A stretch of DNA of 63,945 bases, the filler included, from Octopus bimaculoides (taxonomy: Eukaryota), in assembly GCF_001194135.2 (NCBI RefSeq). It is 8 parts of 8 records of this genome, joined end to end, with 100 filler letters (N's around TTAATTAATTAA, not from the genome) between each part and the next. Parts side by side here need not be neighbours in the genome. Positions count along the whole stretch, not along the records: positions 61,702 to 63,945 come from NC_068985.1; 7 more parts are not named here. One strand, 5' to 3'. This document shows positions 61,781-63,945 of the stretch, in pieces. Below the pieces are notes generated by a model. It was not told the origin of the DNA and made no database searches. It saw only the letters and a program-made list of their open reading frames with translations. The position numbers and the translations under genes are program-made. Numbering within the stretch: position 1 is the stretch's first letter; every line of letters starts with the position of its first letter.

Positions 61781-62489
61781 TATAAAGCAGTGTCATTCAT
61801 TTCCAATATTCTGTAAAAACATGCCTGGCCATGGGGAAATATTACCTTGCTGGGAAACAAGTGAGTGTTGGTGACAGGAAGGGCATCCAGCCATAGAAAA
61901 TCTGCCTCAATGAATTCTCTCTGCCCAATAAAACATGGAAAAGTTGACATTAAAAAAAAAGAAATCATGACAATTTGCATAGATCTAATAGAATTCACTG
62001 GGGAGAGATTTTCTATAACTGGGTGCTCTTCCTGCTACCAACCCTCACTTGTTTCCAAGCAATTTAATATTTCCCCTTGGCCAGATATGCTTTCATAGAA
62101 GTCTGAAAACGAAGGACACAAATACACACACACACACACACATGTACATGTAATTATATATGTGTTTATGAATATGTGTGTGCATGGATATGTGTGTGTA
62201 TATGTATATATATATGCATGTATATATGAGTGCATTTATGTGCGCACATGTGTATGTGTATATATATGAAATGGATTTCTTTAAGTTTCCATCTATCAGA
62301 TTCACCTGCAAGGTTTTGTTTGGCCCATAACTTTAGTGGAAGATACTTGCCAAAGAAACTACAATGTAGAATTGAGCCCACAACCTCATTGTTAGTATGT
62401 GGAGTTTTTAACCACACTGCCATATATGCACCTATAAATGCATACATATACACACATATATATATATATATACTAAATAAATATTTATA

Positions 62490-63067
62490 TATATAATTAT
62501 TAGGGATCAGGAAAACCTTCTCCAACATGCTAAAAGAAGATGCCAAAGACACTAAAAAGCCACTGCATAACTCCTACAAAACAAGGGTTGTAAGCGAGCA
62601 AATGATAAATACTAAATAAAACTTTACAATAAACTGTGTATTGGATCCAATTTTGGGATTAAAGCAATAAAAAGAGCTTACTTCCCATCTTCAGCACAAT
62701 ATTCAAAGAACATAATCACAGATATTTTATTGATACCCGTATGAATAAAAGCAAAGGCGTACGTCCATATACAAATATCTGTGCTTATGAACCAGATAAA
62801 GTCAAATTTTTAGTTTTCATTTCAGCCATGTGCTTTTTATCGAAATAACCTTGCAGGATATGCAATGTTGATCAGGAGCAAAAATATTTTCTTAATGGAA
62901 TTCAGGATAAAATCACAATAATTATATTGAGTGGCCAGCATGAAACAAAACCTTGTAGGTAATCTATATACTAAATTAATAATTATATTAAAGGGATCAG
63001 GAAAGAACCTTCTCCAACATGCTGAAAGAAGACACCAAAGGCACTAAAAAACCACTGTATAACTCCT
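62490..63067 (+). repeat. ~85-bp dispersed direct repeat (62490-62575 and 62980-63067)
   Basis: gggatcaggaaa..ccttctccaacatgct.aaagaaga..ccaaag.cactaaaaa.ccactg.ataactcct occurs twice. Confidence 0.85.
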
Positions 63068-63351
63068 CTCTCTCTCTCTCTCTCTCTCTNNNNNNNNNNN
63101 NNNNNNNNNNNNNNNNNNNNNNNNNNNNNNNNNNNNNNNNNNNNNNNNNNNNNNNNNNNNNNNNNNNNNNNNNNNNNNNNNNNNNNNNNNNNNNNNNNNN
63201 NNNNNNNNNNNNNNNNNNNNNNNNNNNNNNNNNNNNNNNNNNNNNNNNNNNNNNNNNNNNNNNNNNNNNNNNNNNNNNNNNNNNNNNNNNNNNNNNNNNN
63301 NATATATATATATATAGATTTATATAAAGCACTCCATCTGGTGAGAGATTA

Positions 63352-63619
63352 TGTGCTACTAATAGTTTCTTGTGCTGAGAACTTGCTAAACAATAGATTG
63401 TAACATGTGTAACATCTACACACATATAGCATAACAAACTAAAAATTTTCAATAGGCTCTCTTCTTGACTTTTCGCATTTCTTCTCTCATTCAATTTTTA
63501 CTTCGTTATGCTATGTGGCCTGTGCCTAATGACTGTAACTGTTACAATCATTCTTTCATGTTACAATCATACAATCATTCTTTGGTGTGTTCTCAACACA
63601 AGAAACTATTAGTAGCACA
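63352..63619. mobile_element. MITE-like inverted repeat pair
   Basis: TGTGCTACTAATAGTTTCTTGTGCTGAGAAC (63352-82) versus GTTCTCAACACAAGAAACTATTAGTAGCACA (63589-619), 1 mismatch. Inner gattgtaacatg/catgttacaatc. Confidence 0.65.
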
Positions 63620-63945
63620 CAAAAAACATGCATTGTGCCTATATATATATATTTGTCCAATATGAGTTAGGATGTTCAGTGTACAATTAATATTTAGAAC
63701 TCTTGATGTATTTTTATACACTGAGAAAGGAACTGCGACGAGAATCTGTGTATTGTAGTCAAGCAGTCTTTCTGCAAGCTTCCATAGTAAGAAAGACCAC
63801 AGAGTATATACATAGAAAAAAATAAACTGAAGAGTTGGTTTTGAAATTATGTCACTGTGAAGTACATAACTTCTCAACTTACTCTTGAGTTTTCTTTTAC
63901 ACACACACACATAATTATATCCATATATATATATATATATATATA

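Noticed and set aside
100-63910. Dozens of ORFs rich in HT/YI/CV/MYV repeats, or running through X
   Set aside because: They are translations of (CA)n/(TA)n/(TG)n/(TATG)n microsatellites or N gaps, not proteins.

Overview
AT-rich, microsatellite- and SINE-dense eukaryotic DNA. The repeat families and composition suggest an octopus/cephalopod draft genome (inference, not verified). The window is NOT one locus. Seven artificial 100-bp spacers (N44-TTAATTAATTAA-N44) join eight pieces that should be treated as unrelated: 1-9945, 10046-20699, 20800-38165, 38266-40136, 40237-42995, 43096-57111, 57212-61601 and 61702-63945. The only host gene I can support is the mRNA-decapping Nudix hydrolase DCP2 (+ strand). 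It shows 7 coding exons at 21280-27174, about 326 aa, with the 5' exons outside this piece. It has a candidate U12-type acceptor and a 19-nt frame-shifting microexon. The rest is mostly TE debris: Tx1/L1, RTE, R4/Dong-like, HERO-like and Penelope retroelements; a decayed ~5-kb Helitron split by a mariner; Tc1/mariner and hAT relics; MITEs; and many tRNA-derived SINEs. The most interesting items are a 243-bp foldback MITE carrying inverted telomere repeats with a 9-bp TSD, a complete 91-bp mini-Helitron, Penelope-type minimal hammerhead motifs, a U6 retrocopy abutting a SINE, and recurrent perfect short-loop hairpins at TE junctions. Family names come from recalled motifs, not from database searches. 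TE boundaries are approximate unless TIR/TSD are given.
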